A DNA stretch of 64,000 nucleotides from an uncultured Chloroflexia bacterium (GTDB taxonomy: Bacteria; Chloroflexota; Limnocylindria; Limnocylindrales; CSP1-4), in the NCBI GenBank assembly GCA_963768655.1, contig CAVYIM010000003.1, positions 1 through 64,000 on the forward strand, read 5' to 3'. Below, piece by piece: positions 21,307 through 30,722 of the stretch. How positions within the stretch are numbered: position 1 is the first letter of the stretch; each line of letters begins with the position of its first letter. Made by a program: the position numbers and the translations under genes. Below the pieces are notes generated by a model, which saw only the letters and a list, made by a program, of their open reading frames with translations, was not told where the DNA came from and ran no database searches.

Positions 21307-22734
21307 ATGAGCGACCAGCACGGCGCAGGGGCCCACGACTCCACGGCTGGGGGCGGCGGCCACGCCGCTCCCAGGCAGCTCGAGGAGCTGCGCCAGTTCG
21401 TCCGCGACGGGCGCATCGACACCGTAATCGTCGCCCTGACCGACATGCAGGGCCGCCTCATGGGCAAGCGCGTCCAGGCCGAGGCGTTTCTGCGGGGCGT
21501 CGTCGATCACGGCATTCACTTCTGCACGTACCTCCTGGGCACTGACATGGAGATGAACACGCCCGAGGGCTTCAAGCTCATGAACTGGGACACGGGCTAC
21601 GGCGATTGGGTGGGGCGCGAAGCCTGGGAGACGACCCGCGTCCTGCCGTGGCTCGAATCGACGGCCATCGTCCTGTGCGACGCGATCGATCAAGAGACGG
21701 GCCTCGAGATACCGATCTCGCCGCGGTCGATGCTGAAGCGCCAGGTCGACCGGGCTGCCGGCCTCGGCTACACCGTCAAGGCCGGGACGGAGTTCGAGTT
21801 CTACGTTCTGTCCGACTCCTTCGAGGAGCTGAACGAGAAGGGCTACAACGACGTCGAGCGGGTCGGCTACTACAACGAGGACTACCACCTGCTCCAGGCG
21901 ACGAAGCTCGAGCCGCTCTATCGGCAGATTCGTAACCAGATGACCGACGCTCGGATCCCGATCGAGTTCAGCAAGGGCGAGGCCGCTCCGTCGCAGCACG
22001 AGGTGAACATCCGCTACGACGAGGTGCTCGAGTCGGCCGACCGAAGCGTCCTGTTCAAGCACGGCGCCAAGGAGATCGCCTGGCTGAACGGCTACGGCCT
22101 GACCTTCATGGCCAAGCCGTACGCCGAGTGGACAGGCTCATCGGGCCATCTCCACATGAGCGTGTGGGATGCCGCCGGCGAGACGGCTCTGTTCTACGAG
22201 GAGGGCTCCGGGCCGTACGGGATGAGCCAGACGATGCGCTGGTTCCTGGGCGGCATGATGGCCCTGCAGCGCGAGCTGGCGCTCTTCATCGCCCCGACGA
22301 TCAACTCGTACAAGCGTTACGCGGTGGCCAGCTGGGCGCCGGTCAACGTGGTCTGGGGCCGCGACAACCGCACCACCGGGTTCCGCATCGTGGGCAGCGG
22401 GTCGAGCCTGCACATCGAGAACCGCTTCCCCGGCGGCGACATGAACGCCTACCTCGCCTACGCCGCCGAGGTCGGCGCGGGGCTATACGGCATCGAGCAC
22501 AGGATCGAGCCACCGGCCGAGTACAAGGGCAACGGCTACCTCGCCACGGGCTGCGACCGCATGCCGCGCGCCCTGTACGAGGCCATCGATCTGCTGGAGA
22601 AGAGCGAGGCCGCGGTCGAGATCCTCGGCCGGGACGTCGTTGACCACTACCTGAACGCCGCCCGCGTCGAGCGCGACACCTTCGACGCGGCCGTCCACCC
22701 CTGGGAGCGCCAGCGCTACCTCGAGCGCGGGTGA
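21307..22734 (+). CDS. Glutamine synthetase-like gamma-glutamyl-amine ligase (GlnA3/GlnA4/PuuA-like)
   Basis: DMQGRLMGKR, EFEFY, EAAPSQHEVN, FMAKP...GSSGHLHMS, WGRDNRT, IENRFPGGDMN; GAGGAG RBS. Confidence 0.9.
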   Translation: MSDQHGAGAHDSTAGGGGHAAPRQLEELRQFVRDGRIDTVIVALTDMQGRLMGKRVQAEAFLRGVVDHGIHFCTYLLGTDMEMNTPEGFKLMNWDTGYGDWVGREAWETTRVLPWLESTAIVLCDAIDQETGLEIPISPRSMLKRQVDRAAGLGYTVKAGTEFEFYVLSDSFEELNEKGYNDVERVGYYNEDYHLLQATKLEPLYRQIRNQMTDARIPIEFSKGEAAPSQHEVNIRYDEVLESADRSVLFKHGAKEIAWLNGYGLTFMAKPYAEWTGSSGHLHMSVWDAAGETALFYEEGSGPYGMSQTMRWFLGGMMALQRELALFIAPTINSYKRYAVASWAPVNVVWGRDNRTTGFRIVGSGSSLHIENRFPGGDMNAYLAYAAEVGAGLYGIEHRIEPPAEYKGNGYLATGCDRMPRALYEAIDLLEKSEAAVEILGRDVVDHYLNAARVERDTFDAAVHPWERQRYLERG

Positions 22735-22757
22735 ATGCCAGGGAGAGACTGGCTGAG

Positions 22758-23693
22758 TCAGCGGCCCGGAGCCAGGTACGAGGCGAGTCCTTCGGCGAGC
22801 GGCGTGAGTCGGCGCGGCAGCGCCGCGGTCAACGGTCCCGTGTCGACGGGCGCGGACTGGACGACGAAATCGATCGCCGCGGGCGTCATCGGCGGTGACG
22901 GAAGAATCGTCAGCGGCCAGGTGACCAGCTTCATCAACACGACCGGGGCGTGAAGGATCGGCCGCCGCCTGTGCAGGACGCGCAGTGCTTCGCGAATGAC
23001 GGCGTCCATCGTCAGCGTTTCGGGCCCACCGACTTCCAGGGTGGCGTTGTCCGCCGCCGACGCCGTCAGCGCGTCGCCGACCAGCGCGCCTATGTCATCT
23101 ACGAACACCGGCGCGAGGATCTGGCGGCCGTTGCCGATCTGCGGCACGAATGGGAGCCATCGCGTGAATCCCAGGAAGCGGTTCAGCGAGCGGTCGCCGG
23201 GCCCGTAGATCCAGCTCGGCCGAAAGATCGTGTAGGTGATGCCGCTGCCCCGGATGGCTTCCTCGGCGCGCCACTTGGCCCTGAACCAGTGCCGGGGTGC
23301 GTCCGGCGCGGCACCGGCGCCGGAGATATAGACGACGCGGCGGACGCCGGCCGTCCGGGCCGCGGCCACGAGCGCCTCGGTCCCAGCGGCGTCCACCCGT
23401 TCGAAGGTCTGGCCGCGCCGGGGCGCCTCGATCGGCGAGTTCCGAAAGGCCAGGCAGATCACAAGCGTGTCGACCCCGACCAGGGCTCCGGCCAGCCCGT
23501 CGGGCCTGGTCACGTCCGCCCGGCGGAACTCGATCGATCGATCGGTCGTACCGGTGCCGGCCACTGTCGCCGGCGAACGGTGCGTCAGCACCACGACGCG
23601 GTTGCCGCGGGCCGCGAGCTCGCGCACGATCGCCTGACCTACGAAGCCGGTTCCGCCGGCGACCGCCACGACCGACTTGTTCGAAGACTCCAC
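22758..23693 (-). CDS. NAD(P)-dependent epimerase/NDUFA9-like atypical SDR
   Basis: VAGGTGFVG, YISGAG, AKWRAEE, FRPSWIYG. Confidence 0.88.
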   Translation of the reverse strand: MESSNKSVVAVAGGTGFVGQAIVRELAARGNRVVVLTHRSPATVAGTGTTDRSIEFRRADVTRPDGLAGALVGVDTLVICLAFRNSPIEAPRRGQTFERVDAAGTEALVAAARTAGVRRVVYISGAGAAPDAPRHWFRAKWRAEEAIRGSGITYTIFRPSWIYGPGDRSLNRFLGFTRWLPFVPQIGNGRQILAPVFVDDIGALVGDALTASAADNATLEVGGPETLTMDAVIREALRVLHRRRPILHAPVVLMKLVTWPLTILPSPPMTPAAIDFVVQSAPVDTGPLTAALPRRLTPLAEGLASYLAPGR

Positions 23694-23868
23694 GTCGCCT
23701 CCCGGATGGCTCGCCCGCGCTCAGTACGGGCTCAGCCTAAGCCGGATGCGCCCGCGCCTCAATGGCCGGGTAAGCTAGCCTCGCACGCTGGTTCGGCGGG
23801 TCGAAAACGCACACCGAATTGATGGCCTGAGCCGAACGACTGAGCCCGGCTGACGAGGAGACCAGGGC

Positions 23869-24636
23869 ATGCGACTCGAGGACAAGGTTTCGATCATCAC
23901 CGGCGCCGGCGGCGGCATGGGCCGCGTCGCCGCTCTCCGGTTCGCCGCCGAGGGCTCGCGCGTGGTGGCGGTCGACAACCAGGCCGAGGCCGCCGAGGAA
24001 ACCGTCCGCCAGGTCCGCGCCGCCGGCGGAGAGGCATCGGCCGCCCGGGCCGACGTGTCGGTCGAGGCCGACGCGAAGGCGATGGTAGAGCTGGCGATCG
24101 AGCGCTACGGCCAGGTCGACGTCCTCTACAACAACGCCGGGATCATGCCCGAGGCCGATCATTCGGTCATCGACACGCCGGTCGAGGCCTGGGATCAAGT
24201 CATGGCGGTCAACGTCCGGGGCGTGTACCTCGGCTGCAAGTACGCCATCCCGCACATGATCGAGCGTCGTTGCGGCTCGATCATCAACGTATCGAGCTTC
24301 GTCGCGATCCTGGGCTGCTCGGTGCCGCAGGACGCGTACACGGCGTCGAAGGGCGCGGTCCTGGCGCTGACGCGCTCGCTGGCCGTCCAGTTCGCGCCGC
24401 AAGGGATCAGGACCAACGCCATCCTGCCGGGCCCAGTGGAGACGCCGCTGCTCATGGACTGGCTCCTCCAGGACGAGGCCGCGAGGAAGCTTCGCCTGGC
24501 TCGCAACCCGACCGGGCGCTTCGGCAAGGCCGACGAGATCGTGAATCTGGCGGTCTACCTGGCGTCCGACGAATCGGCCTGGACCAATGGCGCCTCGATG
24601 GTCATTGACGGCGGCATCAGCGTGAACTACTTCTAG
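23869..24636 (+). CDS. Classical SDR oxidoreductase
   Basis: TGAGGGMG, NNAG, YTASKG, PGPVET. Confidence 0.92.
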   Translation: MRLEDKVSIITGAGGGMGRVAALRFAAEGSRVVAVDNQAEAAEETVRQVRAAGGEASAARADVSVEADAKAMVELAIERYGQVDVLYNNAGIMPEADHSVIDTPVEAWDQVMAVNVRGVYLGCKYAIPHMIERRCGSIINVSSFVAILGCSVPQDAYTASKGAVLALTRSLAVQFAPQGIRTNAILPGPVETPLLMDWLLQDEAARKLRLARNPTGRFGKADEIVNLAVYLASDESAWTNGASMVIDGGISVNYF

Positions 24637-24703
24637 CATCGGCCGTCTGCCGACACCTACCGCGGAACCTAGCACCTTGTGAAGCCCGAATGAGGAACCG
24701 CCA

Positions 24704-25600
24704 ATGACCGATCGCCCGGTGACCGAAACCCGAACCGGCGGACAGCCAGCCGTCGGGACGAAACCGGGCGACCTGCAACCGGCCGACGTCCGGCACTCCG
24801 ACCTGGCCATCGGCATCGACTTCGGAGGGAGCGGCATCAAGGGCGCGGTCGTCGACTGCCGCACCGGCCAGCTCGTAGGCGATCGGTTGCGCATTCCGAC
24901 ACCCCAGCCATCGGTGCCGCGCGAGGTCGTGGCGGTGACCGATGAGCTGGTGCGGCGGCTCGTCCTGCCATGGGACCCGAGCCAGGGCGACACGTTCCCG
25001 GTGGGCGTGGGCCTGCCCGCGGCGATCCGAAACGGAGTGACCCTCACGGCCGCGAACATCGACCCGGCCTGGATCGGTTTCTCCGCCGAGAAGGAGTTGG
25101 GCCTGGCGACCGGCCGGGTCGTGGCCGTCGGCAACGACGCCGACGTGGCCGGCATGGCCGAGATCCGCTTCGGCGCCGGGCGCTACCAGCGGGGCCTGGT
25201 GATGGTCCTGACGATCGGGACCGGCATCGGGACGGCGCTCTTCATCGACGGCCGGCTCGTGCCGAACACCGAGCTCGGCCACCTGGAGATCAAGGGCCGC
25301 GATGCCGAGGAGCGGGCGGCCGAATCGGCGCGCGAGCGGCTCGGGCTGGGCTGGCGGGACTGGGCCGCCGGCTTCGACGAATACCTTCACGAACTGGAGC
25401 GGCTCTTCTGGCCGGACCTGTTCGTCCTGGGCGGCGGGGCGTCGAAGCGGGCCGACAACTACCTGTCGTACCTGACCGTGAAGACGCCGATCGCCATCGC
25501 CACTTTCCGCAACAACGCCGGGATCGTGGGCGGAGCGCTGATCGCCCACGAGCGGCGGGCCCGCGCCGCCGTCGCCGCCGCAGGCGAACCGATAGCCTGA
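24704..25600 (+). CDS. ppgK: Polyphosphate glucokinase (ROK family)
   Basis: GIDFGGSGIKGA, RIPTPQP, NDADVAGMAE, TIGTGIG, PNTELGH, NNAGIVG. Confidence 0.85.
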   Translation: MTDRPVTETRTGGQPAVGTKPGDLQPADVRHSDLAIGIDFGGSGIKGAVVDCRTGQLVGDRLRIPTPQPSVPREVVAVTDELVRRLVLPWDPSQGDTFPVGVGLPAAIRNGVTLTAANIDPAWIGFSAEKELGLATGRVVAVGNDADVAGMAEIRFGAGRYQRGLVMVLTIGTGIGTALFIDGRLVPNTELGHLEIKGRDAEERAAESARERLGLGWRDWAAGFDEYLHELERLFWPDLFVLGGGASKRADNYLSYLTVKTPIAIATFRNNAGIVGGALIAHERRARAAVAAAGEPIA

Positions 25601-25667
25601 GCTGCGGACGCGGAACGGCGGTTGCGTAATGGCGGTTGCGTAGCAGCGGCCGCGGAACGCAGGCCTC

Positions 25668-26165
25668 TTATCTCCGCGTCTTGAGCGCCTTCTTGATGTC
25701 GCCGCGGGCCCAGCGGTAGTGGTTCGGGCCGCACTCGTACACGAAGTCGGCCAGCGTGCCCCGGCCGGTCCAGGCGTAGCGGCCGGGGGTGAGGAGGTCG
25801 GCCTCGGAGATCGAGTCGGTCAGGGAGATCAACCGCCGCGAGGTGTCCTGCCAGTCGGCGAACACGTGGCCCCACGGCTCGTCGCGATGCTGTTCGAATA
25901 TCCGCTGGTTGAGCTGGGCCATCGTCGCCCAGGTGTACCCCTCGGCCGGCACGGCCGGCTCTTCGCCGCGCCACGCGGCGTCGTACCAGCCGAACAGCAT
26001 CCGCTCCCATTCGGCCAGATGAGCCACGATGTCCTTGGGGGACCAGCCGTTCGAGCCCGGCCACAGCTGCTGCTCAGATGTCAGCTGGCCAAGCATCGCG
26101 GCCAGCAAGTCCCGCTCGGCGCGGGCGTCGGTCAGCAGATCCGCCTTGGTCTTTCGCTTGGCCAC
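25668..26165 (-). CDS. ClbS/DfsB (DUF1706) family four-helix-bundle protein
   Basis: [36 protein letters not shown] pattern. Confidence 0.78.
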   Translation of the reverse strand: MAKRKTKADLLTDARAERDLLAAMLGQLTSEQQLWPGSNGWSPKDIVAHLAEWERMLFGWYDAAWRGEEPAVPAEGYTWATMAQLNQRIFEQHRDEPWGHVFADWQDTSRRLISLTDSISEADLLTPGRYAWTGRGTLADFVYECGPNHYRWARGDIKKALKTRR

Positions 26166-26208
26166 CGATCCTCCGTGTCCGGCTGCGCTGCGTCTGCGAC
26201 TGCGCGGC

Positions 26209-27294
26209 CTACGCCTTTGACCCCATGCGTCGCAACTCGTGCAGCCGCGCCACGCTTCCGGAAACGACGAGCGTCTCCCCCGCCTTCAGGACCCTACCCG
26301 CCGGCGGGTTCGCCTCATAGCTCCGCTCACCGGTGACGATGGCAAGCACGAAGACGCCGGTGTCGCGCAGGGCACCCACGGTGGAGCCGTCTGTAGAGTC
26401 GCCGGCCGTTACTTCGACTTCCTCCATCGAGAAAGCGAGTTCGCCGTGGGAAAGAGCCGCGTCGATGAAGTCGACCACCCTTGGCCTGACCGCGAGCTCG
26501 GCCAGCCGGTGGCCGGCCATGGTGTAGGGCGAGACGACCCGGCTCGCGCCCGCCTGCATCAGCCGAGCTTCGGAATCCTCGGTGTTCGCCCGGGCGACGA
26601 CGAACAGCTTGGGGTTGATGGCCCGGGCCGAGAGGATGACATAGACGTTGTGGGCGTCCGAATCGATCGTGGTGATCAGCCCGCGTGCCCGTTCTATGCC
26701 GGCGGCCCGAAGAGTCGCCTCCTCCGTCGCGTCACCCTCGACCTCGAGGAAGCCCTCGCGCCTGGCCCGGGCGAGGGATTCGGGCAGGATGTCGATGACG
26801 ACGACCTTCAGGCCCGAATGGACGAGCTCCCGGGCCACGGTCAGCCCGACCCGGCCGTAGCCACACAGGATGTAGTGGCCCGATAGCTTGCCGACCGCCT
26901 CGATCATTCGCCTGGCCTCCCGCCGTCCGCTGGTCGCCTCCACCACAAGGTACTCGGCCACGATCCCGACCGTGCCGAAGATGAGCCCGACTCCCACGAG
27001 CGAGAGGATCATCGTCCAGACGCGCCCGGCGTCGGTGACCGGCCCTCCCTCTCCGAAGCCGACGGTCGTGAGAGTGATGACCGTCATGTAGAGCGCGTCG
27101 AGCGGTCGCAGCCCGGGCTCGAGAATGAGGTAGCCGGCCGTTCCGACGACGATGCAGGCGACGATCACCGCCAGCCAGATTCGAACGTGCGTGCCGGTGA
27201 TGGCCGTTGGGGCCGGCCCGAGCGCTCCTCGCCGCGACCCCGCCGCGTAGGGCCGGGGCGTCTGACTGGCCGGAGACCGAGGGGCGTCGCTCAT
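26209..27294 (-). CDS. Potassium channel with RCK (TrkA-N/C) domains
   Basis: 2 TM with filter [24 protein letters not shown]; leaderless start after TACAAT. Confidence 0.9.
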   Translation of the reverse strand: MSDAPRSPASQTPRPYAAGSRRGALGPAPTAITGTHVRIWLAVIVACIVVGTAGYLILEPGLRPLDALYMTVITLTTVGFGEGGPVTDAGRVWTMILSLVGVGLIFGTVGIVAEYLVVEATSGRREARRMIEAVGKLSGHYILCGYGRVGLTVARELVHSGLKVVVIDILPESLARARREGFLEVEGDATEEATLRAAGIERARGLITTIDSDAHNVYVILSARAINPKLFVVARANTEDSEARLMQAGASRVVSPYTMAGHRLAELAVRPRVVDFIDAALSHGELAFSMEEVEVTAGDSTDGSTVGALRDTGVFVLAIVTGERSYEANPPAGRVLKAGETLVVSGSVARLHELRRMGSKA

Positions 27295-27364
27295 GCGTTG
27301 CGATTGTAGTGGCGCGACAGGGCCGCGCGGGGCTCGCCGGCCCCGCCGCGAGTGCCCACCTTGC

Positions 27365-27506
27365 GCCCCGATCACCGCGCCTGCCCCGATCACCGCGCCT
27401 GCCCCGATCACCGCGCCTGCCCGGCCCCCCGCGCCGGCCCGGCCCCCGCTACCTGAACTCGCCGACTGCGGCCGCCGCCACCTGAACTCGCCGACTGCGG
27501 CCGCCG
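27365..27506. repeat. Short tandem repeats: 18-bp x3 (27365-27418) and 29-bp-period x2 (27451-27506)
   Basis: gccccgatcaccgcgcct x3; acctgaactcgccgactgcggccgccg x2 abutting the inverted-repeat element. Confidence 0.9.
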
Positions 27507-28387
27507 TTTCCCAATTCCCATCACGCGGACATTGGGCAGAGCCTCGCGTTCGCCGCCCGCTCCACGGCTACGATCACCCTCGAGATTGCCCTGTGGCCGC
27601 CCCAGAGGGGGCCGTCGCATGCAGATTCGGCCGTCCTGAGACCGCCTTCCGAGCCTGGCTGGCTCCGCGGCGCCGCTTCGACACCCTCCTGCGCCCGGTC
27701 TCTGCCCAATGTCCCGGAGATGGGAAATCGGCAAGAACCAGATGCCGTGGAGGTCACCCGACGGGCTGGCCAACCAATGCCGGACCTCGTCCTGCCTGTG
27801 CGGCAGGGCTGCCTGGAACGTGGCCGAGTGTCGTTCGATGACGTGGCGATGGGTGCTCAGCTCAGGCAAATCAGAACCACGCCCGATGCTTGTGCCCGCC
27901 AGCCCAATTCGCGGGCAGCGAGTCCCGGCAGCACGCGACGCTTGCGGTTCAGCGCGACCAGCGTGTGCTGCAAGTCCCACAGGCGCGTCTTGATCTCGAT
28001 GATGAGAAGCGCCCCGGTCAATGAGTGCCAGGCCAGCAAGTCGGCGGAGCCTCGCTCTCCATAGACGCTGAACGAGTGCTCCGGCGCCATCTGCCAACCC
28101 AGACCCGAAAGCATGGTCGCGACTTCCTCGACCATGGCGGCGTGCAGTCGATCGCGGAGCCGGTCAACCTCGGGCGAGCGCCAGCCGAGAGCCACGATGG
28201 AGGGCATCCCGAGGGCTCGGCTGATGGCTCGAAGAGCACCCACGGTCATGCCATCGACAAGGCCGCATTCCAGTCGTGAAACGGTCTGGCGGCTGACGCT
28301 CGCTCGCCCTGCCACGTCTTCCTGCCGAAGGTTGTGGGCGAGCCGCACGTCTCGGAACATCCGGCCGATCTGGACATCGTCGCCCAT
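27408..28387 (-). pseudogene. XRE-HTH + PD-(D/E)XK nuclease-like protein, frameshifted near 27868-27870
   Basis: HTH (RQEDVAGRASVSRQTVSRLE), EHSF...GSADLLAW...LIIEIKT; continues as LPELSTHRHVIERHSATFQAALP...GIWFLPISH in ORF 27408..28097 if one T is added to a minus-strand T3 run. Confidence 0.75.
27506..27738 (-). mobile_element. ~233-bp terminal-inverted-repeat element (REPIN/MITE-like), copy A, overlapping the 3' end of the HTH-nuclease gene
   Basis: Arms gtttcccaattcccatcacgcggacattgggcagag (27506-27541) and ctctgcccaatgtcccggagatgggaaatcggcaagaac (27700-27738); homologous to 41241-41474. Confidence 0.65.
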
Positions 28388-28414
28388 GGAAAGATGATGG
28401 CGGCGTGCCTTTGA

Positions 28415-28447
28415 CGCCGGTTATTCGCCGGTTATTCGCCGGCTATT
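28415..28447. repeat. 11-bp direct repeat x3 just upstream of the HTH-nuclease gene
   Basis: cgccggttatt cgccggttatt cgccggctatt. Confidence 0.85.
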
Positions 28448-28563
28448 TGAGCCTGCGGCAGCTCGGCTCGCCGGCCCCCGCGACTCATCGGGGCCGCCAG
28501 GCGCGCGTATCCTTCGGTCGGCGCGAACGGTCGCGCCGCCGAACGACGGCCAGGAGGGCGGAG

Positions 28564-29007
28564 TTGATCATCTTTGGGTGGGGCGGCGGCAAGCTCAAGG
28601 ACAAAGGCGCAGTCTGGCCGGCGATCTGTCCCAACTGCCACAACCAGGTCCTGTTCCACTACACGACCGTCAACAAGTCGATCCGCATCTACTTCGTCCC
28701 GATCGTGCCGTACGGCACGAAGCACTACCTGATGTGCCCGATCTGCAGCAAGGGGCGCGAACTGAACCAGCAGGGCGTCCTGCTGGTGACGAGGGCCCAG
28801 GAGTTGCTGGCCCGGGCTCGAGTCGGCGAGCTGACCGACGAGCAATACCGGTTCGAGCTCGAACGGCTGCGCAACCCCAACGCAGCCGGCCTGCAGCCCG
28901 GGGCCGTTCCACAGGCCGCCATCCAGCAGCCGGGCGCCCCGCTGCCGCCGGCCGCACTACCGGCGATGCCGCCCGGACCGACTTCGAACGCTCGGCCAAG
29001 CTCCTGA
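28564..29007 (+). CDS. Zinc-ribbon domain protein (zinc_ribbon_15-like)
   Basis: MIIFGWG...CPNC...IYFVPIVPY...CPIC; GGAGG before TTG. Confidence 0.8.
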   Translation: MIIFGWGGGKLKDKGAVWPAICPNCHNQVLFHYTTVNKSIRIYFVPIVPYGTKHYLMCPICSKGRELNQQGVLLVTRAQELLARARVGELTDEQYRFELERLRNPNAAGLQPGAVPQAAIQQPGAPLPPAALPAMPPGPTSNARPSS

Positions 29008-29179
29008 CCGAACTGCCGAACACCTGACCGGAACGCCGACTACACGCCAGATCGCGCGGCCGGACGATCCGCCGGCGCGCGTATGATCCGAGCCGAATTC
29101 GGCCGGCGGGCGCCCTCCGCGCGTCGAGCCGAGCCCCACAGCCGAGCATTGCCGGGGAAGCCCCGCACGAGGTGCCGCG

Positions 29180-30691
29180 ATGACCGTCCAGCCGCCCACC
29201 GAGCCGAACGCGCAGCCGCCCACCGGCTCGGCCGACCCGTCCGTCCCGACCCTCAGGCTCGAGATGGTGATCGGCGGCCAGCACGTCCCCGCGGCAGACG
29301 GCGCGGTCTTTGACGTCGTCAGCCCCGTGGACGGGGCCGTCATCGCCCGGGTTCCCCGGGGAGGGGCGGAGGACGTGGATCGCGCCGTGATCGCCGCCCA
29401 GCGCGCCTTCGACGGGGAGTGGCACGGCTGGAGCCAGACTCGCCGCGGCCGGACGCTCGCCCGCTTCGCGGCCTTGATCCGCGACCACCTGGAGGAGCTG
29501 GCCGCCACGGAATCCCGGAACATGGGCAAGCCCATCTCCTCGGCCCGCTGGGAGATCGGCGCCGTTGCGGATGTCATCGAGTACTACGGCGGCGCCGCGA
29601 ACAAGCTCATGGGCGAGACGATCCCCGTCTCCAAGCCCGGCTTCGACTTCACGCTGCGCGAGCCGATCGGCGTAGTCGGGCTGATCGTGCCGTGGAACTT
29701 CCCGCTCATGCTGGCCAGCTGGAAGATCGGCCCGGCCCTGGCCGCGGGCAACACCGCGATTCTCAAGCCCGCCAGCTACACGCCGCTGACCGCGATACGC
29801 GTCGCGGAACTTGCCCTGGAAGCGGGCTTCCCTCCGGGTGTGCTCAACGTCGTCACCGGCCCCGGCTCCACCGCGGGCGCCGCGATCGCCGCGCACCCCG
29901 GCATCGGCAAAGTCGCCTTCACCGGCGAGACCGCCACGGGGCAGGAGATCATGCGAGCCGCCGCGGGCAACATCAAGAAGGTCAGCCTCGAGCTCGGCGG
30001 CAAGAGCCCCAACGTCGTCTTCGCCGACGCGGACCTCGAGCGCTTCGCCGCCGAATCGCCTTACTCCGTCTTCGACAACTGCGGCCAGGACTGCTGCGCT
30101 CGGTCCCGGATCATCGTCGAGCGCTCCGTCCACGACCGCGTCGTGGAGCTCTTCGCCGCAGCCACACGCCAGGTCAAGGTCGGCGACCCGGCCGACCCGG
30201 CCACCGAAGTCGGCACCATGGTCAGCTTCCGCCAGCGCGAGACCGTCCTCGACTACATCCGGATCGGGCGAGAGGAGGGCGCGCACGTCGTCGTCGGCGG
30301 CGGCATCCCGTCCGAGCCGGCCCTCGCGCAGGGCGCCTACATCGAGCCGACCGTCCTCGACCGGGTGACGTCGCGGATGCGCATCGCCCAGGAGGAGGTC
30401 TTCGGCCCAGTCGTCGTCGTCATTCCTTTCGACACAGAGGAAGAGGCGATCCGGCTGGCCAACGACACTCCGTACGGCCTCTCCGGATCGATCTGGACGC
30501 GCGACATCGCGAAGGCAATCCGTGCAGCGAGGGGCATCCAGTCGGGCGTGATCTCGATAAACTGCAATTCGAGCGTCCACGCCGAGGCACCGTTCGGGGG
30601 CTACAAGATGTCCGGCGTGGGCCGCGAGAACGGCATGCACGCGTTCGAGTCGTACACGCAGGTCAAGAACGTCTACGTCGCCCTTTCATAG
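29180..30691 (+). CDS. NAD-dependent aldehyde dehydrogenase
   Basis: PWNFP, KPASYTP, FTGET, LELGGKSP, catalytic Cys (GQDCC), EEVFGP, PFGGYKMSG. Confidence 0.95.
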   Translation: MTVQPPTEPNAQPPTGSADPSVPTLRLEMVIGGQHVPAADGAVFDVVSPVDGAVIARVPRGGAEDVDRAVIAAQRAFDGEWHGWSQTRRGRTLARFAALIRDHLEELAATESRNMGKPISSARWEIGAVADVIEYYGGAANKLMGETIPVSKPGFDFTLREPIGVVGLIVPWNFPLMLASWKIGPALAAGNTAILKPASYTPLTAIRVAELALEAGFPPGVLNVVTGPGSTAGAAIAAHPGIGKVAFTGETATGQEIMRAAAGNIKKVSLELGGKSPNVVFADADLERFAAESPYSVFDNCGQDCCARSRIIVERSVHDRVVELFAAATRQVKVGDPADPATEVGTMVSFRQRETVLDYIRIGREEGAHVVVGGGIPSEPALAQGAYIEPTVLDRVTSRMRIAQEEVFGPVVVVIPFDTEEEAIRLANDTPYGLSGSIWTRDIAKAIRAARGIQSGVISINCNSSVHAEAPFGGYKMSGVGRENGMHAFESYTQVKNVYVALS

Positions 30692-30722
30692 ACACGCACA
30701 GGGCGTCAGAGGGAGTTCTTCA

